A stretch of DNA of 63,881 nucleotides, counting the filler, from Octopus bimaculoides (lineage: Eukaryota): the NCBI RefSeq assembly GCF_001194135.2. It is 4 parts of 4 records of this genome, joined end to end, with 100 filler letters (N's around TTAATTAATTAA, not from the genome) between each part and the next. Parts side by side here need not be neighbours in the genome. Positions count along the whole stretch, not along the records: positions 24,535 to 47,555 come from NC_068981.1; 3 more parts are not named here. One strand, given 5' to 3'. The notes beneath the pieces are model-generated. The model did not search any database. It had not been told where the DNA came from and saw only the letters and a list, made by a program, of their open reading frames with translations. Positions 34,350 to 47,178 of the stretch are shown here, piece by piece. A program made the position numbers and the translations under genes. Numbering within the stretch: the stretch's first letter is position 1; every line of letters begins with the position of its first letter.

Positions 34350-35200
34350 GACTTGTAAATACTCATCACCAATTTTGTTAACAGCTTTTAATACCGTATC
34401 TGATGGTTTTTTAAAACTTAATTTTGTAGAGAATACTCTCTCCTCGAGAGAGTCCTTCAAAGCCAAAGTTATATTTTCTCGGAAAATTTCAATAAGGGCA
34501 CATTTCATTGGCATGTAATGTAGTTTGGCTGGCAGGCACTATAGAATCTGTTGGAATGTCGCTAGCTGCAAAACCACGTGGTGGTCTTATATCATTCACG
34601 TTTTCGTTTTTGTTTATAGAATTGGGACGAAGGTTAATTTTCGATTTTTTAATACAGTTACAGTTACTAACCTTCTTTCTATGTTCTACAAAAGTTGCTT
34701 GGCCTATTTGCTTCGCAGTAAAATGATTTAATTCTGGATGCAGATCGTCCCCATATGATTTCAATCGATTCATATATTGCCAACGGCGGGGTTTTGTTTC
34801 GCTTTTTTGTAGCAGTTAAATAGATCATTATTCAATTCATAACTCCTAGAGAAATGAGCTTTGTAGTTACGGTTTCTTCTATAACTACAGCTAGAAAGAA
34901 TTTGTTTATCTGTTCAGCTGTTGTTTTCGTTCTGTTCCTCGATTGTGTTGTTGATTTTGTATCCAGCCATGTTGTTTGTAGTTACTCTCTGCATACTAAA
35001 TTCAAGTTTCAGTCGAAAATCACTACGATCGTGAATAAAAGGCTTCCTTAGTTAATTCATCTGGAGATTAACAAGTTATTTAACAAGGCTGATTGTTGTG
35101 GCTCCAAAGTTGGAGATAGTATTCATCGTATTTTCGATAAATAGTCTCCCACGCCAAATATGCGACTTGTCCCTTCGAATGGAATGGAACGGAATGTTGT
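34350..35200 (-). mobile_element. Probable 5' end (UTR + N-terminal ORF) of an R4/Dong-like element
   Basis: RTKTTAEQINKFFL..RWQYMNRLKSYGDDLHPELNHFTAKQIGQ resembles the N-terminal helical domain (YMKRLK.xWD..HPE) of these elements. Frameshifted; starts next to (TACA)n. Confidence 0.5.
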
Positions 35201-35224
35201 TATGTTATATTGTATTATGTTATG

Positions 35225-35258
<34 letters not shown>

Positions 35259-35264
35259 TGTATG

Positions 35265-35295
<31 letters not shown>

Positions 35296-35564
35296 TACAA
35301 ATAATAAATGAGTATATGCATATATACGTACATGTATGTACATACCTACATCTACATGTATATATAGATGCATATCTGGGTAGAGGACGTTGCAAGAAAA
35401 CGTGGACAAAATGATAAACAGAGTACAGAAAACACACAGGCCACATTGAGAACATTTCCTTCATCAGCTGCCACCATTCTAAAACTAAGCGTTTCGATGT
35501 ATGTATGTATGTATGTATGTATGTATGTATGTATGCATACCGTGCAGCACCTCAAGCAATAAAA

Positions 35565-35640
35565 AAAAATCCTTCAGGACGGTATCCTGCATAGTCGCAG
35601 CCCAATGACTGAAAGAAGTAAAATAAGAGAAGAGTAAAAA
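35565..35640 (+). mobile_element. SINE family A 3' tail fragment
   Basis: cttcaggacggtatcctgcatagtcgcagcccaatgactgaaagaagtaaaataaga. Confidence 0.7.
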
Positions 35641-35930
35641 AATGAACCCCATCAGATTCTGATTAAAAGAGAAATTCTTCAATTAAAATGGAAAAGGAAA
35701 CATTTTCTTTTTACTGATTCTGCATCTTTTGATATTCAAAACATTAAAAGAAGCATAATAAAAACATCTGCTGCTGGGTGGTTAAAAAAAATCCACGCAA
35801 AGATGAATAGTTCCAAAAACTGTGTCTCGCATGCCCAGATGGCTTTTCAATTTAGTGTCTTTGTTCCAATGGTGTGTTTAGGTGTGGTCGGTCTAAGGCC
35901 TTCAAAGTGCACTGTTTTTTTTTTGCTTGT

Positions 35931-35966
<36 letters not shown>

Positions 35967-38333
35967 GTGTATGTGTGTGTGTGTGTGTAGTTTGTTGTGG
36001 CTAGATTAGATCTCCAGGAGTGACATTATATCCGTAATGAATTTAATGTAATGTTTGTATATTAACGTTGTCCTTCATAACTTAAAGCGTTCTAAGATGT
36101 ATATCATTTTGTTGTTTTAATTAATTCTTCTGTGCTCTTTAACCGTAGTAAAAGGTTATACGTAATATTTTAGAATTCTTCCACTCCATCCTTCACTCTC
36201 TCACCCTTGTGTGTGTGTGTGTGTGTGTATGTGTGTGTGTATGTGTGTGTGTATATGTGTGTGTATACGTTTGTGTGTGTGCACGCGCACGCGTATTTGT
36301 GTGTGTGGTATGATCATGTGGACGAGTGTGATTGTGGTTACGTCTGTTGTTCATTGGTGGTGCAGATAAGAAAGAAAAATGGGTGGAGGGATTAAGGGTG
36401 TAATACTTTCATTTTGTTTATTTTGAGTCAATTTCTAGGTGGTTGATGTACAATTGGAGCAATTATGCAGCTGTGTATTTGTGATAGCGAACTATAACTT
36501 AATACGATCTGCGTATGCGTTCGTATGTATGGTGGAATTGTTACACCGGTGAGAGATTGCTGATGTTTTACTCTTGAGTACTTGATCGAGTTAGCAATGT
36601 GGGAGGTAGTTTGAGAGTTAGTGTTTTCGATTGTTAAGTAGGTTTTAAATATTCTGTTTATAATCCGGTAGTGCGTAACTGAGTTGATGGTTGAAGGTAT
36701 CAATAGGAGTTTGAAGGAGCGTGTAGGTTTTGTTTATTTGTTTTAACTGCCAAAATAGACTGAATCCGCAATGAGCAGTAAAAAACAGGGATATGTGGGA
36801 TTTGTTAGTTAGAAATTGAGTCTTTTGATGATTTTAAGAATATGATATGTTAGTGATTTGTTACTGTTTTGCTTAAGCTTTTGTTGGATCTTAGGGTAAT
36901 TATAAATTTGCAGAATTTCAAATTCTATGGATTTAGTAGAGTCAATATGAACATTTCAAGATGTTGATGAGTGCAATAATTTCTTTAGGCTGTAAGCAAT
37001 TTTGCATGTCTTGAATATAATTTGAACCTGAAACTTTACCGTTTTGGGGCTTCCCTTATTGCGTTTCTGTTAGTTAACGTGAGGAAGCGGTCCAAGTGGA
37101 CGTGGAAGTTATGTTTTTCTACTAATGTGTCTATTTGCATAGCTTTTAGTGATTTTAGTGGTTTAATTGTTTGGTAAGGGAGTCTGCTTGTTGCTGGAGT
37201 GTTTGGTATTGACGTATCAATTAGTGTGGTTATTGTTATATATGTTGATACTGATAGTTACTTTGCGCTGTGTTTAACCGTTTTGTTTTGAAATTTATGC
37301 GATCCAGATATGCTAGTTTTCTGGTTTGTAGAAGATGGGGGAGGGGCCTGTTTTTTAAATTCTGTTATTTTATGTTGTCCTTTGGTAAATGGTATGTGTG
37401 TGCAGGTGTGTTATATTCGAGATTATTATTAATTTCTTTTTATTGTATTTAGAAAGAGTTTAATTACCCAAATACGTCATCCGCTTGAAAATTTTAAATA
37501 AGGCTGAACATAATTTTATGAATATATAATTAAATCATGTATGTTCTGATAATGCTTCACTGTTCTTCGACGTCTTCTACGGAACATTACCAAAGTAGCG
37601 ATGTGGGAATCATTAAAATAATTGTATTTGGTTAAAAATGAAACGAAAATATGCACAATGCGGTTTTATTTTTCAAAATTTTATGGAATTATAAATAAGA
37701 GAGAAAAAATTAATAAACAACAAGACCATTTTAAGTGCTCAGACGTTTCCAGAATCAGTCTTTTGCACTGTTTAAAGATTGTTAGACGATTCGAAAAGGA
37801 TCGAAAAGAAAACAGACCAAAACTAAAGAGAAAATAATTTGTAAATTAGTTACTGTTGATGAATTTTCAAGTAATGTGAGTAGTAAAAAGACCTTTATTA
37901 AGAAAATATCTCACCAACTAAAGAAAAGTTCTCATTTAATGCAGATGATTTAAACGCCGATATGTTTTGTAAAAAAATGTGATCAGTATTATATAATTGA
38001 AAGAGAGGATAAATTAAAAGTATATAAGTTTTTTTCCTTTTCGGTGTTGTTAGATCAGTGAGTGCATTATCAAGTGACCGGTCGCGCAGCCTAGGAGGTT
38101 GTGACTTAACAAGAAGCGGCAGATGTGGAGGAGGGCGCCCTCAGGGGCACTGAAGGTTTAAGGCGTTTAAGGCGTTGAGGATTTCTTAGAAATAAAATAT
38201 TAAACTTAGGTACAAGTTAAACATACTTTCGAAAGAAAATCAATATTGTCGGGATTAAAATGAGTCAGACATTGTGTTATCAATAAACTGGAACATAGCT
38301 GATAATGCACCAACGTCCTATATAATTTCAGTC

Positions 38334-38476
38334 ACAAGCATGGCTTTGAGGTCAAGAAGCTTGTTTCTCAACATTGTGGTCTTAAGTTCAATCCCACTGC
38401 GTAGCACCACGGGGGAAATGTCTTCTGCTATAGCCCGGGCCAACCAAAACCTTGAGACAGAAAATAGAAGTCGGTG

Positions 38477-38478
<2 letters not shown>
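38334..38478 (+). mobile_element. SINE family A 5' half
   Basis: aagttcaatcccactgcgtagcacc...aatgtcttctgctatagcccgggccaaccaaaaccttg. Confidence 0.75.
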
Positions 38479-38532
<54 letters not shown>

Positions 38533-38629
38533 CTTACCTTCTGTCTGTCTGTCTATCACACACACATACATGCACGCACGCACGCGCGCGCGCACGCAGA
38601 CCCCCCATACACATGACGGACCTCTCGTC

Positions 38630-38720
38630 ATATTTATCGTCTAGCAAATTCACTTACAAGGTATTGGTCAGCACGGGGTTGCCCTATGAGATTGGACCCG
38701 AAAACACGGGTTCAATGTAA
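38630..38720 (-). mobile_element. SINE family A internal fragment
   Basis: caaattcacttacaaggtattggtcagcacgggg is the reverse complement of the family A core. Confidence 0.6.
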
Positions 38721-38963
38721 GTTTGCCTATTGAAAAAATTTATTGAGCTTTCTAAATTCAACTCAGAAACCGAACGGTCGTTCTTGGAGCCTGTTACAAA
38801 AATCGTGGTACTATTTAGTGGTAATGGTAGTGGTGTGAGTGTTGATGATGATGATAATGGTGATGATGATGATTTGGGGTTGATATGATGATGATACTGG
38901 TGGTGTGATCAATGGCAGTCATTTGAAAAATCAAGATAAACAGAATATTTTGATACTTGTGAT

Positions 38964-39250
38964 GGTGTATAATGTAGTGGTTAAGGAGTAGCTTTCACTA
39001 TCTCGCGGTCGTGGTTTCGATTCCTGTACCTCGTATTGCGTTGTGTTGTGTTCTTGAGCAAAACACTTCATTTCACGTTGCTGCAGTCTACTCAGCTGGT
39101 AAAAATGATTAATCCTGCGATGGACTGGCGTCCCATCCAGAGGGGCGGGATTTATGTACTTAGTGGTTTAGACGCCATTAAAACTGAGTTACTGGCCCTG
39201 TGGGTAAAAAAACTCAAGACAGTACTGACATTGAGTCGTTCTTTAGCCCC
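38964..39250 (+). mobile_element. SINE family D (tRNA head + B'-type CORE-like segment + V-SINE-like domain)
   Basis: B box ggtttcgattcc; gtgttcttgagcaaaacacttcatttcacgttgct; cctgcgatggactggcgtcccatccagagggg at 39114-39145. Confidence 0.7.
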
Positions 39251-39969
39251 AGTTAAGCCCCTATAAAGGTGACACATAATTTAAAATACTCCAGTCGTGG
39301 ACTTCCCCCAGCATAGCATATTCGAAGAATCTGTTTCCTTTCTTTCTCTTTTTTTTCTTTATGATGGCTGAGTGTAAGTTGCTATTCTAGCAGGACAAGC
39401 GACCTCGAAGAAGCTTCTTCGTTGGTTCGAAGAACATTTTGCTATTTATGCAGTATGTGTGTGTGTGTGAATGTTTCTATGTGAGCGTATGTGTGAGTTC
39501 CTATTTGAGTTTGTGTGTGTGTGTGTGTGAGTATGTGTGTGTATGTGTGAGTATGTGTGTGTATGTGTGAGTATGTGTGTCAGAATGTTCATGTGCATGT
39601 GAGTGTGTGTATGTGAGTGTGTGTATGTGAGTGTATATCAGTATGAATGGGTGCATGTGAGTGTGTACGCGTCTGTGGCAATGTGTGAATGTAAGTGAGC
39701 GTGTGTTCCTGTATGAGCGTGACTGCATGTGTGCATGTGTGTATGTTGTGTGTATATGTGTGTGCGCTCGCGTGTGTGCATGCGTGTGCAAATTAGTGTG
39801 GTGCTATGAGAAAGTATGAATAGAAGGTGAGTAAAGAATGGAACACAATGTGCAAATCAATAATTACCAACAAATACAAACATATTAGCTAATTAATTTG
39901 CTAATGAGCTAATATTTTTCAAAGACTATATGACATGCATACACACGTATATTTTATTTGGTTTATATA

Positions 39970-40099
39970 ATATTCTTCTTTATCGTTTGCTTGTTGCAGT
40001 CGCTGGACAGCGGCCATGTTGTGTCACCATTTTGAAAGGTTTAGTCGATCAAATCTGTATTATTATTATTATTATTATCATCATCATCATCATCATCAT

Positions 40100-40131
<32 letters not shown>

Positions 40132-40137
40132 TCATCA

Positions 40138-40180
<43 letters not shown>

Positions 40181-40380
40181 GGCGGTGAGCTGGCAGAATC
40201 GTTACGACGCCGGACAAATTGTTTAGCGGCATTCCGTACGTCTTTGACTTTGCCTTTCATCTTGTTGTTGTTGCTGTTATTGTTGTTGTTGTTGTTGTTA
40301 TGTCTGGTACTTATTTTATGGGTTAACTTTTGCCGATCCAGTATGTTACGGGGACATAAAGAAACCGGTTGTCAAGCCAT
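39970..40380. mobile_element. Fragmented SINE A (minus, 39970-40060 and 40300-40380) split by (ATT)/(CAT) repeats and a SINE C head (plus, 40180-40262)
   Basis: gcggccatgttgtgtcacc..ttagtcgatcaaatc; aaggcggtgagctggcagaatcgtt; ctggtacttatt..gttacgggacataaag..gttgtcaagc. Confidence 0.7.
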
Positions 40381-40643
40381 AAATACATATATATTTCATT
40401 AACTATCAATAAAGAACATGATGTATGTTTACATGCAACATACATACATACATACATACATGCATACAATATACACGCAATACATACGCACACACAAGCT
40501 CACACACATATACACATGAATAACTACCCACAAGCACATTTATATGCGCGTGTGTCACTCAAACTGATGACTTATGAAGATACGCATTCCACATCTGACC
40601 ATCTCGCCGTTTCGTCTCCAAAGCGTACACATGCTTTCACTTA

Positions 40644-41345
40644 CAAGGTGCATTCCAGAAGTTTTCAAATGTTTTTGAGGGAGAAGCAGTTATAACTGCC
40701 CTCGATTATCGTAATTTTAGTATATTATTACTATGCGTATATTATTACAATAGTATATTATCACCATACCTCTAATAAGCTAGTCAGCCAGCTTTCGTTA
40801 TTCCAGATTGAAAGAGATGGCTGTAACAACACTTTGAACACACCCTGTTAAAAAATGCATATCACAGCTGACTAATTTGTGTAATGCAGTCCGGAAGTGA
40901 AGACAATCTGGAATTTCGTTATGCAATAAAGTTTTGTGTCATAATGCTACAGAAACTTATGAAATGTTCCAGACAGCTTATAGATTAACTTGTATGAGCC
41001 AGACATGTGTAAGTCACATGTAAGTCACATATGTAAGACATGTGTAAGAGACCAGACAGAGTAAGTCTACTAGGAAGCTCAGATTGATCCCCTTTTACGA
41101 CAGTAGGGGCATCATCCACATCCACATCCACTGTGTTCCTTCTAAACAGACAGGTCAAGAAAAACTACTTTGTGGAAGTTTTGTAGGAGTTCAAAAAGAA
41201 ATTTCGTCGCAAACTGCCACAGCAGCTGCACCAGGAAAAACGCACCAGTTTGCAGTTCCATCCTGGTACCAAATAACTTCCCTTAAAACTGTTGGGGGCC
41301 TTACTCCTTGTGACTTGGTTGTTACACAACCTGAAGGAGAACATA
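40644..41345 (+). mobile_element. mariner element relic with a large internal deletion
   Basis: MQSGSEDNLEFRYAIKFC..NATETYEMFQTAY; IPFYDSRGIIHI; NYFVEVL*EFKKKFRRK; LTPCD. Probable left end ta|caaggtgcattcc. Confidence 0.75.
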
Positions 41346-41392
41346 TATAATATGGGTGGCTAATTCACAATTTTACAACCTAAAGGCAAAAA

Positions 41393-41853
41393 TATATACG
41401 TTACGGAAAATGAAATATACGAGAAACTTTATTGCTCACAACGATAGTTTCGATCTCTCTTGCATCAATCCCTCACGGGTGGCATACTGTACAATTGGCT
41501 GTGGTGCATATCTCAGTGGAGACGCGTATCGTCAGGTAAAGGGCATCTCATTAAATAAATTCTATTGCGCTCGGTTTTAATACAGCATGTTGTTAGTGAT
41601 CGTATGTTTAAGCGGTTGGGCCGTGACCGTATGCTCAAGCTCAACGGCTTAAACATACGGTCACTAACAACATGCTGTATTAAAACCGAGTGAAACAGGT
41701 GCCCCTTATAATATCACCTGATGACACACGTCTGCCCCGAGGGATGCATTACAACCGGTTGTACAGTATGCCTCCCACAAGATGCAAGATGGGTCAAAAC
41801 GATTGCTGTGAGCAATAGACTTTCTCGTATATTCCATTATCATTAGTTATATA
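41393..41853. repeat. About 460-bp imperfect palindrome (foldback/MITE-like) with a near-perfect 121-bp core at 41570-41690
   Basis: Outer arms pair, e.g. tatacgagaaactttattgctcac/gtgagcaatagactttctcgtata and ggcatactgtacaa/ttgtacagtatgcc. Core arms are 49 bp with 2 mismatches. Confidence 0.9.
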
Positions 41854-42242
41854 CTCAACGAATACTGAAGAATTCCTGAGGTAGAGCGACAATTGTGTAA
41901 ATACCGTGGATGACCTCAGGTAGCCATAGACAGGAAACGTGCTTCATCGACCTAATGCTAGGAACATACTCAATCCTTGAAAATTTACTTACACACACGC
42001 GCGCGCGCCCGTATGTATATCTATTTATTATTCTATAAGAAGAAAGTTGTGACTTCGAAGTTTCAGCCGGCTAAACTATCGTCCGACACTTCGAAGTCAC
42101 TGTCAAATGTATTCTTGTTTACGAATGATAAATTTCTACTCTACAAAAGTAAAGAGCAACCTATCAGATTAATGTAAAATCGTTTCTATTATAACGGAAC
42201 ATAAAAGCAAACATTAATATAATATAGCATAATATAATATAT

Positions 42243-42301
<59 letters not shown>

Positions 42302-42339
42302 CGTATATGTATGCACACATACATACATACATACATACA

Positions 42340-43365
42340 TAGGTTACAAAAATTGTCTATATGCATTGAATGATTATAATACATTTATTTTCAAAATTTA
42401 ATAGCATCTATCGACAGAATTTATGCTTTTTTTTATTAACGTATCTTTTCATACTGATCATCGTTCGGGTTCAAATACTGAAAATAATGCGAAACAATAG
42501 AATCGCAAGCATTAAAAACATTTCGTCTGGTATTTGTGAGCATTCTGGTTCGGTGGTTGTCTCGTTCGATGGTTGCTGGTTTTGTACCGAGAATTTTATC
42601 TTTTAAGTAACTTCATAACAAAGTCTGGTGGTATGAGGTGCAGTGAACATGGAATATATACTACTTCGCCCAATGAAATTTTTAGCAAAATCTCACTATG
42701 GTAATGTGGGAACGCCTAGTTTTGCTTGAAATAAAACTCCACGTCTTGGAAGTTTTCTCGAATGCTTGACATAACAAACTGTGGCAACAAGTTCAGATAA
42801 GTGGGACCAATCACAGTACAGTAAAAAAAAAAGGCTGAATTGGTAAATTAACATGATGTTCGTGCGTAATATGCGGATTCCCATGTCCCTAGTAGATACA
42901 ATTGTGGTTGTTAATTGAGCCATTTGATATAAATGCAGCCTCATCATACCAAACAACTTAGTTGCAAAGTGAGCATCTCCTACACACTTTGCCAAAACTC
43001 AACTTTTCGGTCCAGTTCCTCTTCATAAAACAAACTATTCTCGGAATATAATTTTACCAATGACAGCGCTTCAAAATGCGATAGATGCTTCAGTTTGGAA
43101 TCCCTATCGCTTGCCACACAGATTTTCTTGAACTATGGAAATACGTTTCTAGTATCCTTTCTTACTTTGTGAGGCTTTTTTTTATGGACATTCTAAACAG
43201 TCCAATCAGTTCCAAACTTATCCCTAATTCGAGTGATGGTGAATTGCGTAGTTGGATCTGTATGAAACTCCCTCATAAACTGTCTTTCTACTTCGATTGC
43301 ACTGTTTATCTTCCGGTAGTATTTTAAGATAACTCTTCTTATGTATATATATTTGGGACACCTTG
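42340..43365 (-). mobile_element. Tc1/mariner-superfamily element (DUF4817-type N-terminus), decayed
   Basis: ILKYYRKINSAIEVERQFMREFHTDPTT..IRDKF; YDEAAFISNGSINNHNC; AFPHYH; FIGRS; ECSQIPDEMFL. One TIR, ta|caaggtgtcccaaa, is clear at 43365. Confidence 0.8.
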
Positions 43366-43559
43366 TATATAAATTATATATATACATATTTGTGATAAGG
43401 TGTGTGTATGTATGTGTATGCCTGCGAGTGTGTGTGTGTATGTATGTGTGTGTATGTATGTGTGTGTGTGTGTTTGACCGAGATTTGACCTATAATGAAA
43501 CATACTGCTTCCTACCATCTCGTCTATTTTCATCTATCTATCTATATATATATACATAC

Positions 43560-43968
43560 AGGCGCAAGTGTGATTGTAAGTGTGATTGATTACGCCTATA
43601 TATATACATATAGGCGTAAGTGTGATTCTAAACCGCAATGTTCCGGATTTAGTCCCATTGCGCGGCACCTTGTGCAAATGGCTTCTACTCGGGCCGACCA
43701 AAGCCTTGTGAGTGAATTTGGTAGACGGAAACAGCAAGAAACCCGTTGTATATATGTATATATATATATATNNNNNNNNNNNNNNNNNNNNNNNNNNNNN
43801 NNNNNNNNNNNNNNNNNNNNNNNNNNNNNNNNNNNNNNNNNNNNNNNNNNNNNNNNNNNNNNNNNNNNNNNNNNNNNNNNNNNNNNNNNNNNNNNNNNNN
43901 NNNNNNNNNNNNNNNNNNNNNNNNNNNNNNNNNNNNNNNNNNNNNNNNNNNNNNNNNNNNNNNNNNNN

Positions 43969-44028
<60 letters not shown>

Positions 44029-44217
44029 CCATTGTGCCTGTGTTTGGCCCCTCCCCCATCACCGCTTGACAACTGGTCCTGGTGTGTTTACGTCCCCGAG
44101 AGAATAAGTACCAGGCTTTAAAAAAGTACTGAGTTCGATACTTTCGACTCAAATTCTTCAGGGTGGTGCCCCAGCATAGCCGCAGTCTAATGACTGAAAG
44201 AAGTAAAAGATAAAAGT
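43560..44217 (+). mobile_element. SINE family A with rearranged head and an N gap in the internal microsatellite
   Basis: gcggcaccttgtgcaaatggcttctactcgggccgaccaaagcc...cgcttgacaac...ccccagcatagccgcagtctaatgactgaaagaagtaaaaga. Confidence 0.85.
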
Positions 44218-44957
44218 TATATGTATGACTTCAAAGTCTAGTGTGTTTTTGTCTGAATTTAAAACGTTAGGGACAGTTTTACTAAGTATTATACAATTCC
44301 AGTTCTGTTTAACAATATATATTTTTGCGATGACGCTCTTGTAACAACCAACCAAATCTCTGCTCACATTTCATTGCAGTCTTTTCCAAGCAGGAAAATT
44401 ATTTGCAGCATTTGAGAATATACTTTGTAGTAAATTGGACATAAAAATGTACCAAAATTAAATAACTACACATAATAACGCCCATCATGTATATTCAATA
44501 TATTATGTTTATTATGAACGTTTGACGCAGAAACCTAAGGAATGTCAGCTAAAATGACTACCAGGTTAAAAATAGCGGCCAAACTCTCTTACGATTTCAC
44601 TCTACGACAATATTACTGCTATAATGGTATTAATTACAATCTTTCTTTAAAAAAAATTGTAACTGTATTAACGTACCGACAAAATTACTGTTTTAGTTAC
44701 ATCATACTTTATTTGTTCCTTTTCTTCTTTCGTTCCATAACGACACGCACATATATAAAACGTACACATACATATATGCTCAAGCACATGCACATGGTAC
44801 ACACACATAAAGGGGTTGTCATTGAGTGTTTCTCGTGATATATTTCGGCTCTCGGTGCTGTGAGTTCAAATCCTGCAGAGGTCAAACACAACTTTATCTT
44901 TGATTCGTTAAGTGTTGATAAAGATAATACCAATAACAGAGTCAGTTCCTCTTCTTT

Positions 44958-44993
<36 letters not shown>

Positions 44994-45184
44994 TCTCTGT
45001 CGTCAATCTCTGTCTCCTCTCCCTATGGAAGAAATCGGTTACAGAAAGATGCGCTCTACCAGTTTTGATATATCGAGACAGGGCGTATGTCACGACGAGG
45101 CCCTTATGATTTGACTGTACATTAAGAACCTTTCATTGCTCTAATATATACATATACATACATACATACATACATACGTATGTA

Positions 45185-45241
<57 letters not shown>

Positions 45242-47178
45242 GTGTGTGCGTGCGTATGTTATTTGTATGTATGTATGTATGTATGTATGTATGTTGTATG
45301 TATATATAAGTTTGCGCACGCGTGTGTGTATTTACATATATTAGTGTTCTCTTCGTATATTAATTCATGAAATTTCACACAAACCTAGAATTATTTAAAA
45401 CAATGTTTATGTATTGATAACGTTGATAAACACAAGTTCACCACTCAGTCCAATATTAGGTTGACTCCAAAGTTCTCAATTATAAAACACAGTTACATTT
45501 CATGGTTTTATATATGTGTCATGTAGCAACTTTATACATTACCAAAAAAAAACATTAAATAAATAAGAAAAAAAATGAGAAAAATGAATCCCACCCTGCT
45601 AAAATAGTAATAGTATGTCTTCGGTCGACAGTAGAGTATTCTTGGACTTTGGGCGTGACAAATGTACGATGAATGCTGTATCACGGGAATTTAAATGATT
45701 TATCTGAAAACCTACTGAATTATTACACGCTGATGTATTATTCTTCGAGGTAACAGCAACTTATAGCAGCTACATTTGTTTATCAACTGCTTTAGGCTAT
45801 TTAACAAGTTACATGCTACAGAACATTTTACAGTACACCAATACTGTAAACAGCATCAGCATCAGTTCCTTAAAATATTTATAATACCCATCTGCAGTCT
45901 AAACATATCTACGTCCCATCGCTCACATCTGTTGATTCATATTCATAATGTGGTGGGTCAAATTTGCAGAAAACTATGACTATACGCTACCGTGTCAGTC
46001 ATATGACCCTGAGAAAAATAAGAATAGTAGGATAGGTTTGCAGAAAACTGTCATTATATACTCTGCCGTGTGTGTCATGTGACCATGATGGAAAAAATAG
46101 AACATCCTCTATGTAGAATCATCTACAACTAGATTACTTTCTCGCAAGTCACTAAAGCGAAAATGTCTTTATAAAATCAACACACATCATGCTTTAGCGG
46201 TCAATCTGTTATTTGCCATCCACATGATGCGTTTTGGTTACACATTTCACAGAAATGATTTTCACATTTAATTTTGCAGTTCTTGGAATTTTAGTAATGC
46301 ATTTTCGGAGGAGACAACACCTAAAGTATCATAAGGCATCATTATACTTGGCAACGTATCATGGTTATAGCATTAAATCTTGCGACAGTGGCATACTCCA
46401 GTTTCTTTCCGTGTGGCAAAACAAATTTTCTGATTACAGGGAAATTACATTTATTTGGTGAAGGAAAATGTCAATGATAATACTATTCTTTTCCAGACAG
46501 AAACAGCTTTAGGTGGCTACGTCTGACTATTTCCGAGTTATTCAAGTCATACAGAAATCATAAATATATAGACATAATTCGGCAGTAATATTTCTCTTCT
46601 TTTATAATTGTCGGTAAGTGCATCAAGGTGATTCAAGTCAAATAGCTTTTTGCCATCATTTTCGCAAAGAAAATCGAAGTGCATCCGAATAACAAGCCTT
46701 AGCTACGAACAACAACACGCTCGTATTTTCTACAAACATGCTTAGTATAAACTCCTCCTCTGATTGATAACAATATTAAGTAGAAAAAGGCACAATAGTA
46801 ATTCATACAAAGGCCCAATGTTTGTGCAACGCAGTGACTATGTATTCAGATACATGTGTCAGTCACCACATGAAAAGTAACACATCCTCTAGCTATCTTC
46901 ATCTACAAATTTACAATGCGTTGACTACAGACTTTGAAGCCAACAAAATATAGTCGCTTCACAACGTATACAGACATCAAAATGCACTAAGTACTCCACA
47001 GTTTCAAATGCGATGTAAATGCTGTGAACGCTGTCTTTGCAATAACGTAAAGAAAAAAGTGACGTTTAAATTTGAATAAACAAACAGATTAAATGACCAA
47101 AATTTATCTTCATCTTCTAACTAGATTCTTAATGCGTCTATACATACATACATACATACATATATACATACATACATA

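Noticed and set aside
35455-35500. Minus-strand GAAACGC...CTGATGAAGG as a permuted hammerhead
   Set aside because: No valid stem III or NUH, and no stem I hairpin between the motifs.
36430-37270. A/C-rich minus-strand tract as a PLE N-terminal ORF
   Set aside because: Only vague similarity and many stops; it cannot be assigned.
38070-38180. GC-rich patch as a second promoter or CTCF/AP-2 site
   Set aside because: Motif matches are imperfect and short, with no supporting cluster.
46497-46582. Possible plus-strand exon (ttcttttccag|...RNSFRWLRLTISELFKSYRNHKYIDIIR...|gtaata)
   Set aside because: No recognisable protein and no partner exons. The opposite strand has faint helicase-like fragments, so it is ambiguous.
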